Positions 1-11,724 of a stretch of DNA of 64,000 bases are shown piece by piece. The position numbers and the translations under genes are program-made. Origin of the DNA: Euprymna scolopes. Taxonomy: Eukaryota. The notes beneath the pieces are model-generated. The model worked only from the letters and a program-made list of their open reading frames with translations, ran no database searches and was not told where the DNA came from. The stretch's first letter is position 1. Each line of letters starts with the position of its first letter. The stretch lies in assembly GCA_053919585.1 (NCBI GenBank), contig CM132826.1. One strand, given 5' to 3'.

Positions 1-59
1 AAACAAAACCCAGCCATGTGAAGATATCCAATATCAAAAAGAGCGAGAATTAGGAAAGC

Positions 60-460
60 AATTAAGAGTCGCCAACCGAGTGAGTGGACGTTACAAATAA
101 CCCACTAATGAAATATATTAAGAGGCCGATAATTACATCAATTAATTTTGGAAACATCCGTGTGGAATCATAAAAGAAGAGATTCTAAATTGGAAATGCT
201 GTGTGTCACTATAAACAATGCGTGTCACTATAAACAATGTGTGTAACTATTAACAATGTGTGGCACTGTAAACAATGAATTTTCGTTGATAAAATGATAT
301 CACGATGCGTTATTTTAGCAAAACCTGTATGGCGTCATAAACGATGACTTTTAGTGCGAAAAAGTTGAATGCTTCAATTTTATGGCTACAAGAGATGGGT
401 TACTTTCGGTCTCGCTTATTTTTCAGTTTTTACGGCATTTTTGAGGACGGAAATTTCGTC
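60..460 (+). repeat. Degenerate ancestral ~40-bp satellite (old layer)
   Basis: Recurring cores at ~40-bp spacing, e.g. aaaacctgtatggcgtcataaacgatgacttttag (320-354), alignable to the main monomer AAAAATCTATATATCGTAATAAAAGATGAATTTTAA. Confidence 0.7.
200..277 (+). repeat. 19-bp tandem repeat x4 (TGTGTGTCACTATAAACAA)
   Basis: Units start at 200, 219, 238 and 257; the unit is a sub-part of the old monomer. Confidence 0.85.
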
Positions 461-469
461 TCGTACTAC

Positions 470-505
470 TTGGTTGGTTGGTTGGTTGGTTGGTTGGTTG
501 GTTGG
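470..505 (+). repeat. (TTGG)9 microsatellite
   Basis: Direct reading. Confidence 0.95.
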
Positions 506-765
506 TTTTGTTTTACAGCATAACAACCCTTTTCAGGTTATTTAATGCTGAATCCAGTGATTTTGAAGAACACTTTTTTAATAGAGTATATTTGTTTTTT
601 TAAGTCGGTTTCTATTTGACCCATAGTTGAGAACCTAACAGGTACTACCACTCTGTGTCAGAGTGGACTTGGGAGCAATGGCAATTAAAGGGTGGCTCCA
701 CACTACCCAAAGCCCGCAAGCTGGAGCCTCACCATCGGATATAGTTTAAGGTTATATCCACGACC
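506..765 (-). mobile_element. SINE-like interspersed repeat fragment
   Basis: Non-satellite segment next to the TTGG tail, with an 8-bp stem ccactctg-tgt-cagagtgg (648-666). Resembles mollusc interspersed repeats from memory only; not verified. Confidence 0.3.
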
Positions 766-2068
766 TGTACTATTTGGTTATATCTCATAGGATTAATGAA
801 TCTCTCGACAAAAGCTTCCTTTCTAGGACATATCAAAGGTCTTCGATAAGGTATGGCATAAAGGCCTACTTCACAAGATTTCAAGCTATGGTATAACTGC
901 AAATGTTTTCTCAATTATTAAATCATTTCTCTCGGATAGGCTCATAAGAGTAGTGGTTGATGAGCAGAAATCAGAAGCCCACGGTATTAATGCTGGAGTC
1001 CTTCAGTGGTCCATACTGAGCCCAACTCTCTTCCTGAGCTACATCAATGATCTCCCAAACATGTCCGATGCTACACAGTCTTTTCCCAATAAAATCTTAA
1101 ATCATTCGTTGACATCTATGCTGATGACACGACTATCTATGGCAACACATCAAAGAACGTAAATGACAAAGTTCTCTCTGATTCTCTCTCCTCTGACCTT
1201 GAGCGCGTGGTACAATGGGGAAGAGGTGGCTGGTTACTTTTAATGCATCTAAAACCAAGCTTCTAACTCTACCTCATCAACGCTCTGATCCCTATCTGGC
1301 ATCAGTTGAAGTGGATGGCTCTCGTCATGGGGAGGCTCCATGTTTTGACAAGCTTCTGGGATTGACCTTTACTCCTGATCTGAAATGAAACACGTACATC
1401 AAATCTGTTGCCAAGTTCGCTGGAAAAATGGTGGGATCCTTTTACCGCTCTAGTAGATATCTCACTGCTGATGCAATTCTCTATCTATATAAAAGCCAAG
1501 GATGGAGTACTACTGCCACATCTGGGCAGGAGCTGCTAAAAAAGCCTATCCTGCCTTGACAGAGTACAAAATAGACTTTGTAGCTTAGTGGGGGGTGTCC
1601 TTTTCACTTCCCTGCAACCTTTCTCCCACAGGAGAGACGTTGGAAGCCTGTCTTTGTTTTATCGTTACTTCCATGGCAAGTGCTCGTTTGAGCCCCAATC
1701 TCTGCCCCCCTCCGCCAATCTGACACGATAAACACCCGTCTAGCTGAAACCACTGTCAATAATTTTCCCCACTCTTTATCTGTGCCTAAATCAAAACGTA
1801 GATTCCATGAACAAAGCTTCTTTCTTAGAAGTGCACGCTTGTGGAACTCTCTTCCGTTTGCCTGTTTCCCACTTTACTAGAACTTGGATGTCTTCAAGTC
1901 CAACATAAACAAACTCCTGATAAACCGCCCCCTTAAGTAATAGACTTTATCAAATCTCCATTAATAACGATTATTACGATACTGTTCCATTGATTACTGT
2001 ACACGCAATAACCCTTATTTCCGAGTGGCCTGCATACCTTGATAAGTGGTGACTACCATGTAAAAAAA
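766..2068 (+). mobile_element. 5'-truncated CR1/L2-like non-LTR retrotransposon (RT, C-terminus, 3'UTR, short poly-A); pseudogenised
   Basis: Translation DISKVFDKVWHKGLLHK...INAGVLQWSILSPTLFLSYINDLP; YADD at 1117-1128 after a frameshift; MEYYCHIWAGA; LWNSLP; TGA at 1386; ends catgt-A7 at 2068. Confidence 0.92.
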
Positions 2069-2069
2069 T

Positions 2070-2545
2070 TATCACTCCAAAGTTACTAGAGTTCTTGGTT
2101 GTTTTGGCCAATCTAAAGCTTCCGGTTATGATTTGATTCCTGTTGCTATTCTCAGACGTTGTGTTTCTGAACCTTCTTCAGTCCTGTCGAAATTATTCAA
2201 TCTCTGTTTCAGTTGTTTTTCCCTTTCTCTTGCAAGGAATTCTCTGTATTCCTATCTTTATAAATGCTGGCGATCGGTCTGACTGAACTGAATATCACTG
2301 TATTAGTCTTCACTCTGTTATTAGCAAAACTTTTGAAAGGTTATTCAAAGCAGACTTGTTCAATTCTGGAAAAGTCGGGGCCTTTTTATTGATGTTAAGT
2401 GATTTTCTGTTCAACTGCTGATCTATTAACTGCTGTGGTTAAACGGATCAGTCGGTTTATGTTTGATTCAGCTTGGGACATTCTGCTTGGCATTTCGAAG
2501 GTGTTCGACAGATTGAGCATTTTGGTATTTTACAAAAACTTTACA
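2070..2545 (+). mobile_element. Older CR1/L2-like LINE remnant (N-terminal RT region)
   Basis: Broken translation KASGYDLIPVAILRRCVSEPSSVLSKLFNLC...ISLHSVISKTFE...STADLL...ISKVFDR. Confidence 0.8.
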
Positions 2546-4240
2546 TAGGAAAAATATTATTTGAGAAAGTATTATTTAGGCGGAGATAAGCTGTGTGGCG
2601 TAATAAGAGATTAGTATTTTAATTGGGAAAACTGTGTGGCATCATAAAAAATGAATTGTTTTTACCAAAAGTTTTTTATGGACCCCCCCCCTCCAGAAAA
2701 GGGAAAAAAGCATTAAATGCAATGAGTAAAAAAATAGCACTTTAAGTTCAAAACTTGCCAACTATGAATGTTTTTGTTTTGGGGGGTGGGGCTTCATTGA
2801 TATGCAAATCAATGCATATCAAATTATACGCATTTTAGCTGAAAAACTCCGTGTGAGACAATAAGTTATAGATTTCTGTTCGTAGAAACTGTGTGACGTC
2901 ATACAAATCAACTTTAGTTGTGGATAGCTGTGTTACGTCATAAGCATTTTATTGGGAAAAGATTGTGTAGCATCATGTCTGATAATTTTCATCTGAAGGA
3001 CCAGAAACGACAGAGTTTTTAAAGCTATTATTTACTTCCTTTCTTACTGCAGGAATATGTGACACAAAGACAGGAAGGTATGAAAAATAAAGTCAGCGCC
3101 TTAAAAGAGGAGCACTCTGGCCATTCAAAAACTGCCTGGACAGTCCCTTCGGCATTCCTCGGGAGAGGCTCCTCAAACAGTAGGCAACAAACTTATTCTC
3201 TTGAAAGCCGAGAGGCAAAGGCCTGGGAAGGTGGACCTCCTAGAACTACACAGAACATTAAAGCCTCAGTCAACAGGAAAATGTCATTTAAAAATGGTTC
3301 ATACTCAGTTGATCTTGGTAAATTTCTGTGCAAAGCTTGGGTTTTAAAAGCTGTGTGACGTCATAAATGATTTTCCTAATAAAAACTGTGTGATGTCATA
3401 AATGATTTTCCTAATAAAAGCTGTGTGATGTCATAAATGATTTTCCTAATAAAAACTGGCGTCAAGGATTACTTTTAGTTTGCACAGATTTTGTGATATT
3501 TTAAAAGATTAATTTCATCGGGAGAAAGCTTTTTGGCGTCATAAGAAATTAATTGTAAATGGTTAAAATGTGTGTGGCGTCATGAAATATGAATTTCGTT
3601 GGGAAAAGCTGCGTGGGTGATGTCGTAAAGGATGAATTTTAGCTAGAAAAATCTCTGTAGTTTAAAACCATGAATTACAAACGAGCAGTGCAGATAAACA
3701 CCATAAAAGAGATATTAGTTGGGAAAAGCTGTATTGCGTCTGAAACAATGGATTTCAGATAGGAAAGGCCGCGTGAAACGATGACTTTTATTTTGTATTG
3801 TCATAAAATGTATTTTTTGGTGCGAACAGCTATGTTCGAACATAAACTATAGATTTCTGTAGGAAAAACTCATAAAGGGTGAATTTTATTTGGGAAAATG
3901 TGTGTGGCCTCTTAAAGGGTTAACTATCTTCATCAAAATCTGTGTGATGTCATGGAGGATGTCAAGTGAATAAATATAAACGATGAATTTTAACTTCATA
4001 AAACTGTGTGGCTAAAAACGATAGCTTCCAGTTCGGAAAAGACGTCTTACCTCATAAATTTTAGCCTGGAAAAGTTTTGTGCCGTCATAAAAGATTAAAT
4101 TCACTCAATGCAGGTGTTGCGCCATAAACGGTCTACTCCAGTTTAGAAAATCTATGTGGCGTCGAAAGAATTACTTTTAGGTGTAAACAGCTGTGACATC
4201 ATAAATGATTATTTTTACTGGGAAAAATATGGCGCAATAC
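2546..4240 (+). repeat. Degenerate ancestral ~40-bp satellite, interrupted at about 3015-3330
   Basis: Repeated GAAAA(G/A)CTGTGTG(A/G)CGTCATAAA..ATGAATTTTAG-like units. Confidence 0.8.
3346..3458 (+). repeat. 35-bp tandem repeat x3 (AAAAGCTGTGTGAYGTCATAAATGATTTTCCTAAT)
   Basis: Three near-identical shortened old monomers. Confidence 0.9.
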
Positions 4241-5181
4241 TCTAGTTTTTAAATTGATTTCAGTAGAGTTTTAAAGTTGTATTCTGTCCCGTGTACAATC
4301 TTTTGAGTCAGCTTCAATAATCTTGATAATACACACGTTCGTTCACATAACATGCTGCATTTCAACGCGCCGGTCGTTCCTTTTACCCCTTCTTTTATGC
4401 ATCTCGCATAATTTAATTTGTATAGAGTTTATGTTACTCACACGTAATCGTCAACTTAAAAGCGACGTCGCCATTTTAGCTTTCTAATTTTTATATTTTC
4501 TTTCAGGTAAGCCACGATTTATCCTACGATGGATTTCAGTCCGAAAAATCTGTTACATGTTGCTATGTCGCACCCTTCTAATTTCCACGGGTGTCAAAGT
4601 TCAGAAATCCCATCCGTCCATGAACGCATTGTGTGTCGGACTGATTTCCCTCGTAACTAAAATTCCATGTCTCACAAAATATATATTTTCCATGACGTCA
4701 TCGCCCACGTAACCAGAGATTCTTGTTTTTTTTTGTTACATACCTTTGTTTATTATTGTTGGTTTAAATTCCATCTAATAAGTTCCTGTGAACTATTAAA
4801 TATAAATATTTCAACTTAGCATAACTTTTCGCATCAATAACATTTTTCTATCTAAACATTTTAATAATCATAATAATCATAATAATCTCATTATAATAAT
4901 CGACTATTTTACTTTCCGCTAGACGAACAACATAACAACATTGTTATAATTAAGAATTTCACTGAGCTGCAATCTATGGTTCCATCTTGTATAACATTGA
5001 CACTAAGAACTATCTACCACAACGAAAAAACTGTCTTTCTAACTGTGAGGTGTCATAAAGATTGACCGTTATTTGAAAACTGTGTTACGTCATCAAGAGT
5101 GAATTTTAGCTGAGAAAAGATTGTAGTGCCATAAATTATCAATTTCATTTCGGAACAAACTGTGTAGTATTATAAAGTGTG

Positions 5182-6470
5182 TTTTTTTATTTAGTTAGTT
5201 TGGCTCATATTCAGCCCAAACAAGGCAAATGCCACTAAGATGCCAGGGGTTACTGTAAATTGGGAATCATGCTTACAGGAACATTCTAAGTAGGGAGTTG
5301 AGCATCGAAATATCTGCCCACATTACACTTACATTTCTGCATGCTAGTACAGTCGGGCAAACCAGATACAGGGAGGGAATTTATAAAGATACAAGTAGGA
5401 TGTGAGAAACCTTGAGGATAAAAATGTCGTCTCTGTATTTGCTCCGATTCATGTTACCTGTTAATGTTAGACTGAGGTTTTTGAATGATGAGCTCTCAAC
5501 TAGATGGTAATCATTAGATGGAAAGATTCTTTATAATTATTGAATGAGATGAGTTTGTTGGCATTAAATGTTACCATCAATGTATGTCGCCACTCTACTA
5601 CAGACTGGAGGTCATTTTCTAAATTTACAGATATTGCATATTCGTTTCTTTCAACGTGTCTGGTATAGAACGTAGTGTCTCTAGCAAAAAACAGTCATCT
5701 CGGGCCCAATTTCATCAAGGATATTGTATAAAAATATCAGGAATAATAAAGGTCCAAAGATCGGACCCTGGGGCATGTACCCAGCCATGTCATCGAGGAC
5801 AACATGAATTCTAGTCTTGTCTAAGACGGATATGATTATATTCAGTATTCGCCAGTACAATTTAATTTTCATGTTAAACTTTGTAAAATACTATGGGCAC
5901 GTCGAGGATTACAGGCCTAGCTTCCCTCGTTTTATCCAGTACATGGCATAGGCATATATTTACGATATTCGCAGTAGAATGTGTTTGCTTAAATTCATAC
6001 TGTCAGTTAGAAACAAAGTTTTACGTTAACACAGTGATGAATAAGCACTTTGTTGATTAAGGACAAGAATTCTTAAATGGTGGCAATTCTCCAGCTATCA
6101 AAAAAAAACAAGATTTGGTAACACATTTGTCAGGGACTAGCTCAGCATGGATATTAGTATAGCAGGAATAAGATTAGGCTTACGCACCTTGGGGGTATCT
6201 ACTTTTTTATGATATCGCGGGCATGGGGAGGTGTGATCAGATCATCGAGTGCGGCTTCCACCCGCAACGGGGAAGTTAGAAAGGATTGGTTTGTGGTGTC
6301 TACTCTAGACACCACAAACCAATCCTTTCAAACTTTGAGGTGAATCACCGGACAAGCGATTCAGCCTTTTTAGTTGCCGCGCGGGCGGCATCATAGTTGT
6401 TGAATAGTGGGGGAATTGTCTATTATTCACTATAATTTTTATAGAAAACCCCCTAAGACAAGGCGTGAAG
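5182..6470 (-). mobile_element. Highly decayed CR1/L2-like LINE
   Basis: ORF 5681-5872 contains PQGPIFGPLLFLIF (RT PQG motif), followed by VVEW..LMVTFNANK and a NSLP remnant; T-rich tail near 5182; 5' boundary uncertain. Confidence 0.75.
6273..6335. repeat. Inverted repeat: 24-bp perfect stem (30 bp with one mismatch), 3-nt loop
   Basis: gaaaggattggtttgtggtgtcta (6279-6302), ctc, tagacaccacaaaccaatcctttc (6306-6329). Confidence 0.95.
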
Positions 6471-6521
6471 TCACTTAATGTAAGGAACTAACAAAAACGA
6501 ATGATGACTATTGACTTTAGG

Positions 6522-6861
6522 TGAAAAAGATTAAAAGTATAGGAAAACAGTCAACTTTCGATTCTACTTAAATAGGAAGCTGTATTACAACGAGGCATCA
6601 AAAAAGCGAATTGATGGGGACCACTAGACTAACAAGTCAAACGAGCTGGAACAAAAGAAGCAGGAAATAGCTCGGACCATTCTGAAGAATTAATGAAAAA
6701 GATTAAAAGTATAGGAAAACAGTCAACTTTCGATTCTACTTAAATAGGAAGCTGTATTACAACGAGGCATCAAAACAGCGAATTGATGGGGACCACTAGA
6801 CTAACAAGTCAAACGAGCTGGAACAAAAGAAGCAGGAAATAGCTCGGACCATTCTGAAGAA
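6522..6861 (+). repeat. 168-bp direct tandem duplication with a TTAA spacer
   Basis: 6522-6689 versus 6694-6861; one mismatch seen (aaaaaagcg/aaaacagcg). Confidence 0.93.
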
Positions 6862-6902
6862 CGCATACCATATTTATAGAAAAGACTGAGACTAACTGCA
6901 TC

Positions 6903-6937
6903 AGAGAGAGAGAGAGAGAGAGAGAGAGTGAGAGAGA
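6903..6937 (+). repeat. (AG)n microsatellite inside the LINE remnant
   Basis: Direct reading. Confidence 0.95.
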
Positions 6938-9162
6938 TTGCAGAGAAGAAAATGGAGTGGGGTTAATTAAATTGCAACTACGTTTCTGCACCTTATCATG
7001 AACTTTCAAATGAAACGAAGCGAAATATGACAACAATACGCCATACATGATATGATAGTAGATTTGCAAAAATAAAGAATTGTCTCAAGTGTGAGAAAGT
7101 GCTTAGAACGATATAGTGAACTTACTTTACGAATCATGGAAGGAGCAATGGATCTAATATATGTATTTCAAAAATGATTTGGTGAGGATGAAACATACAA
7201 AACTTTTACACAAAGGCCATCCATGATAATCTAAGGAAGAAAAGGCACATGCTAACGATTGAAAAAGACAAGCTGTCACAACAGGATGAAATGACACATA
7301 ACATATAGAAGACTAAAATGCCACACTTTGTCGGATGCCTTCGAGGTCAAGAGGTGAGGCTTGTTGATCTTCATGATCTGTGAAAGGGAATACAATATAG
7401 ATAAACCATACGAACTGATACAAGCGGTATCTGTGTAGCTCGAGATGTGACAGACATTGGAATCACCAAATACGTGTATTTGGGTATTAGTATTTGAAGA
7501 GAGTGCTGCATATATATTCTGAGTAGAAGTAGAACGGTAAAGGAAATACAAGCAATTAACATTGTGTTGTTAATCTAAAACATAAAGGTCTCATTGTTTG
7601 ATTTTAGGTTTTGCCCACTAATCAAAGGCAGAGTGTTGCGAATATAGACCCCAATTCCGTGCATATGTTTATCTGAATCATTTTGGTAGAGTGCGATGTA
7701 TTTAGTCACATCATAGCAAATAAAGAGGCTTAAATGTAGGTTAGTTCCACTTAGAGCTAAAATATCTGAAACCTTTCCTAGGAGAAATTATTCTACTTCG
7801 TCTAGGTTGGTTTTCAATCCTCGGATATTTGTGAATGCAAGTCTCATGAAACGAGAGGAACTGGTTGTTGGTTTGATTTTTTATTTTGTTTGAAATGTCA
7901 TATATAATTGTTTCAGTTTTAATGTAGTGTGAGCTGAGCAAATTTAACTTTTGCTTTATGCCAGTATGCTTACACAAGTATACTATTAGTTGAATCTTTA
8001 TACATGGTATTGTGGCATAAGGAAACCCCACCTGAAGTACATGCAGAGTCCCTTTCCAAATGCGGCACGGCACTACAGTTATCCTGATATTATACACCTG
8101 ATGATAAAGTAGCATCTCTTAGTATTACCTAGGAGCTAGGACTTCTGTACTGTCAGTAAGAAACAACGACAACCAGATACGCTGTCAAACCTGTGCCTTT
8201 AAGCTGTCAGACAGGAGCGATCCAGTCTATGAGAATAGGTAGCAAGCAAACGTCCCTTTATACAGTTGTTCAGTTTAGAGAGGGGGGAGAGATCACCATT
8301 TATTAATGCTAATTTCTCATTTGAAAACATGTGTTAGGTCATAAACTATAGATTTTTATTCAAAGATGTCCGAAGTCATAAAAGTCAGACTTTTATTGAG
8401 AAAAAGCTGTATTGCATTATGCAAGAAAAATTTTAACTGAAGAAAACCGTGTATCACCAGGAACGAGTATTTTAGTTCAAAGAAGTAGTATTGCGTCATA
8501 AACGATAACTTTATATAAGAAAAAAAAGAAAACAACGGTGTGACGTCATAAAGGATTACTTTTAGTTTGGAAAAGTTATGTAGCGTAATAAATGGTAAAA
8601 TCTTAGTAAAGGTCGTGTAACTGCTGTGTAACATAAGAAAAGATGAATTTTAAATGGTAAAAGCTCTGTAGTATCATAAAAAAAGAATTACAAGTTGTGT
8701 AACGCACTCACCTCTAAAAGACAGAAGGTCTTCTCTGTTTGCTGTCTAATGGGAAAAGGGCGAGACTAATCGCGAAAATTCACAAAACTTCAAAGGGATA
8801 AAAGCCTAAATACGGACAGATAGGGGGCCGTGCTTTTGCTCAAAACAGAAAACCGGTGATAGAAGAGAAAAGTTCCTTTCAAAAGAGAGTTCCGGTGTGT
8901 AAAGCAGAAGAACCCAGCAGTTTTCAAAAGTATATATTTTATATCGTGAAAGTTGTGTAAGCTCATGAACTATGACTTTTAAGTGGTAAATTCTATGCGA
9001 TTAAAGAAACGAAGAATTTTAGATAATAAAATTTGTGTCATTTTATAAAGCATGCAATTTGAAGTGAAGGCAGTGCAAATTAACAAAAGATGATTTTTAG
9101 AGTTTTAAAGTTATGTGACTTCATAAACAATGGACTTTAGAGAGTAAAAGTGTTGTTGCTAT

Positions 9163-9592
9163 TAGTGATGGGACGATTCCAATATTTTTTCCCGATTCCG
9201 AGACAATTACCGATTCCGTACTAAATTCCCGATTCCGATACAATTACCGGTCCCGATTCCGATTCTTTATAAATCTCTAAACATGTAACTATACAGTTGT
9301 TATTTTTTCTGATTTCTATAAAAACACATGTTAAATGTGCAGATATTTTCCTAAACGTAAAGGATGATCTATAGATTTTAAAATCAATAAATATTTATCA
9401 TTTTATCATTATTATCAGCAATAGAAGATTTTGCTTTAAATAAAATCAAATAAAAAAAGACAATTAAAAGAATCGTTTTGGCATCGGAAAATAAGCACCA
9501 ATTTTTTCGATTCTGATACCGATTCTGATACCCCCAAATTTGTCGATTTTTCCCATTCCCGATTCCGATTGCGATTAATCGCCCCAACCATA
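9163..9592. mobile_element. hAT-type MITE, 430 bp
   Basis: Perfect 8-bp TSD GTTGCTAT (9155-9162 and 9593-9600); imperfect TIRs TAGTGATGGGACGATT / AATCGCCCCAACCATA; subterminal CCGATT(C) multimers at both ends. Confidence 0.88.
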
Positions 9593-9709
9593 GTTGCTAT
9601 CCAATCACTAAACTTTAGGTGTTAAAAGTTGTGAAACGTCATAAACGATGAAGTTTAGGTGTTAAAAATTGTGTAACTTCATAAACGATTAATTTTAGAT
9701 AGTAAACGC

Positions 9710-10172
9710 TTTACCCGTGTTGTTACATTTCAACCACTCGAACCCAAACGTTGTCTGGTACTGTCGCAAAAGAACAAAGAAACAAATAAAAAGAAATAAA
9801 AATCCGACTCGGCATTTTTTTTTAAATGCAAATGAAATACATTTATTCGTGGTTCTTCCAACAATAACACATTTCATTATCTTTCAAAAGTTTTTTTCGA
9901 AAACACGCGTGTGTTTTACAGCGTCACCTCGCGCCGGCCATTTGCCAGCGTTTTTTTCGCCCTCGACGTCACACGTTCATCTTGCCTGGTTCCCAACTTG
10001 CTTCTCCTCTTTTTTGCTCGACTCCCTACTGTCTTATTTTCTTTCCCTTTTTCTTTTCCTTCCCGTTACGTCAGCACGCGCTCACTTGCTTATTTGCATA
10101 TGTACTAAGACTGCTGTTGTTGCTAATATTTTCACTAATCAGCTATCCTACGGCTACTGCTGATTTTCTCAT
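9710..10172. mobile_element. ~460-bp insertion, possibly a solo LTR
   Basis: Splits an old monomer (agtaaacgct|...|acgctgtgcaacc); ACGCT repeated at 9706-9710 and 10173-10177; ends near ...CTCA; no intact TG start. Confidence 0.45.
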
Positions 10173-10353
10173 ACGCTGTGCAACCTCAAAAAGTATGAAT
10201 GCCAGATGATAAAAGCCTCGTAACAACATAAATGATGAATTTTAGATAGAAAATCTGTGTGACTTCATATATTTTAGATAGTAAAAGGAATGTAACTTTA
10301 TAAACGTGATATTTTACATTGTAAAAGATGTGTGAAAAGGGTGGATTGTAGAA

Positions 10354-11724
10354 AGTAAAATCTTTGTAGCATAGTAAAATCTTTGTAACATAGTAATATC
10401 TTTGTAACATAATAAAATCTTCGTAACATAATAAAATCTTTGTAACATAATAAAATCTTCGTAACATAATAAAATCTTTGTAACATAGTAAAATCTTTGT
10501 AACATTGTAAAATCTTCGTAACATAGTAAAATCTTCGTAACATAGTAAAATTTTCGTAACATAGAAAAATCTTCGTAATATAGTAAAATTTTTGTAACAT
10601 AGTAAAATCTTTGTAACATAATAAAATCTTTGCAACATAGTAAAATCTTTGCAACATAGTAAAATCTTTGTAGCATAGTAAAATCTTTGTAACACAGCAA
10701 AATCTTCGTAACATAGTTTAATTTTTGTAACATAGTAAAATCTTTGTAGCATAATACAATCTTTGTAACATAGTAAAATCTTTGTAACATAGTAAAATCT
10801 TTGCAACATAGCAAAATCTTCGTAACATAGTAAAATTTTCGTAACAGAGTAAAATCTTTGTAATATAGTAAAATCTTTGTAACATAGTAAAATCTTTGTA
10901 ACATAGTAAAATCTTTGTAACATAGCAAAATCTTCGTAACATAATAAAATTTTCGTAACAGAGTAAAATCTTTGTAATATAGTAAAATCTTTGTAACATA
11001 GTAAAATCTTTGCAACATAGTAAAATCTTTGTAACATAGTAAAATCTTAGTAACATAGCAAAATCTTCGTAACATCGTAAAATTTTCCTAACAGAGTAAA
11101 ATCTTTGTAATATAGTAAAATCTTCGTAACATAGTAAAATTTTCGTAACATAGTAAAATCTTTGCAACATAGTAAAATCTTTGTAACATAGTAAAATCTT
11201 CGTAACATAGTAAAATCTTTGTAACATAGTAAAATCTTCGTAACATAGCAAAATCTTTGCAACATAGTAAAATCTTTGTAGCATAGTAAAATCTTCGCAA
11301 CATAGTAAAATCTTCGTAACATAGTAAAATCATTGTAACATATTTAAAACATTCATAACATAGCAAAATCTTTGCAACATAGTAAAATCGTTGTAACATA
11401 ATAAAATCTTCGTAACATAGTAAAATCTTCGTAACATAGTAAAATCTGTGTAACATAGTAAAATCTTTGTAACATAGTAAAATCTTCGTAACAGTAAAAT
11501 CTTCGTAACAGTATAATCGTCATAAAATAGTAAAATCTTTGCAGCATAGTAAAATCTTCGTAACATAGTAAAATCTTCATAAAATACTAAAATCTTTGTA
11601 ACATAGTAAAATCTTCGTAACATAGTAAAATCTTCATAACATAGTAAAATCTTTGCAACATAATAAAATCTTTGTAACATAGTAAAATCTTCGTAACATA
11701 GTAAAATCTTCGTAACATAGTAAA
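10354..11724 (+). repeat. 19-bp minisatellite, about 72 copies (CATAGTAAAATCTTYGTAA)
   Basis: Direct reading; explains the 19-aa periodic ORFs in all three minus frames. Confidence 0.97.

Larger units (their letters stand above)
6480..7600 (-). mobile_element. Decayed, internally deleted CR1/L2-like LINE
   Basis: ORF 7276-7551 has EN-like FLYRSTS...IHVFGDSN followed by RT-like SKASDKVWH; ORF 6809-7069 has C-terminal DKVQKR..LI.PTPFSSLQSLS. Confidence 0.75.
8320..10353 (+). repeat. Degenerate ancestral satellite with insertions
   Basis: Units such as aaaagttgtgaaacgtcataaacgatgaagtttaggtgtt (9624-9663). Confidence 0.75.

Noticed and set aside
470-505. Telomeric repeat
   Set aside because: TTGG is not TTAGG or TTAGGG; only 9 copies, internal
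600-765. Self-cleaving ribozyme in the SINE-like segment
   Set aside because: Only one short stem found; no hammerhead core or HDV double pseudoknot could be assembled by eye
3059-3358. 99-aa ORF
   Set aside because: GTG start, no recognisable motif, runs into satellite; probably an unidentified TE fragment
7741-8115. 124-aa ORF
   Set aside because: No motif recognised; lies next to decayed LINE sequence
9717-10209. 148-, 65- and 75-aa ORFs
   Set aside because: Low-complexity pyrimidine-rich insertion open in several frames; no coding signature
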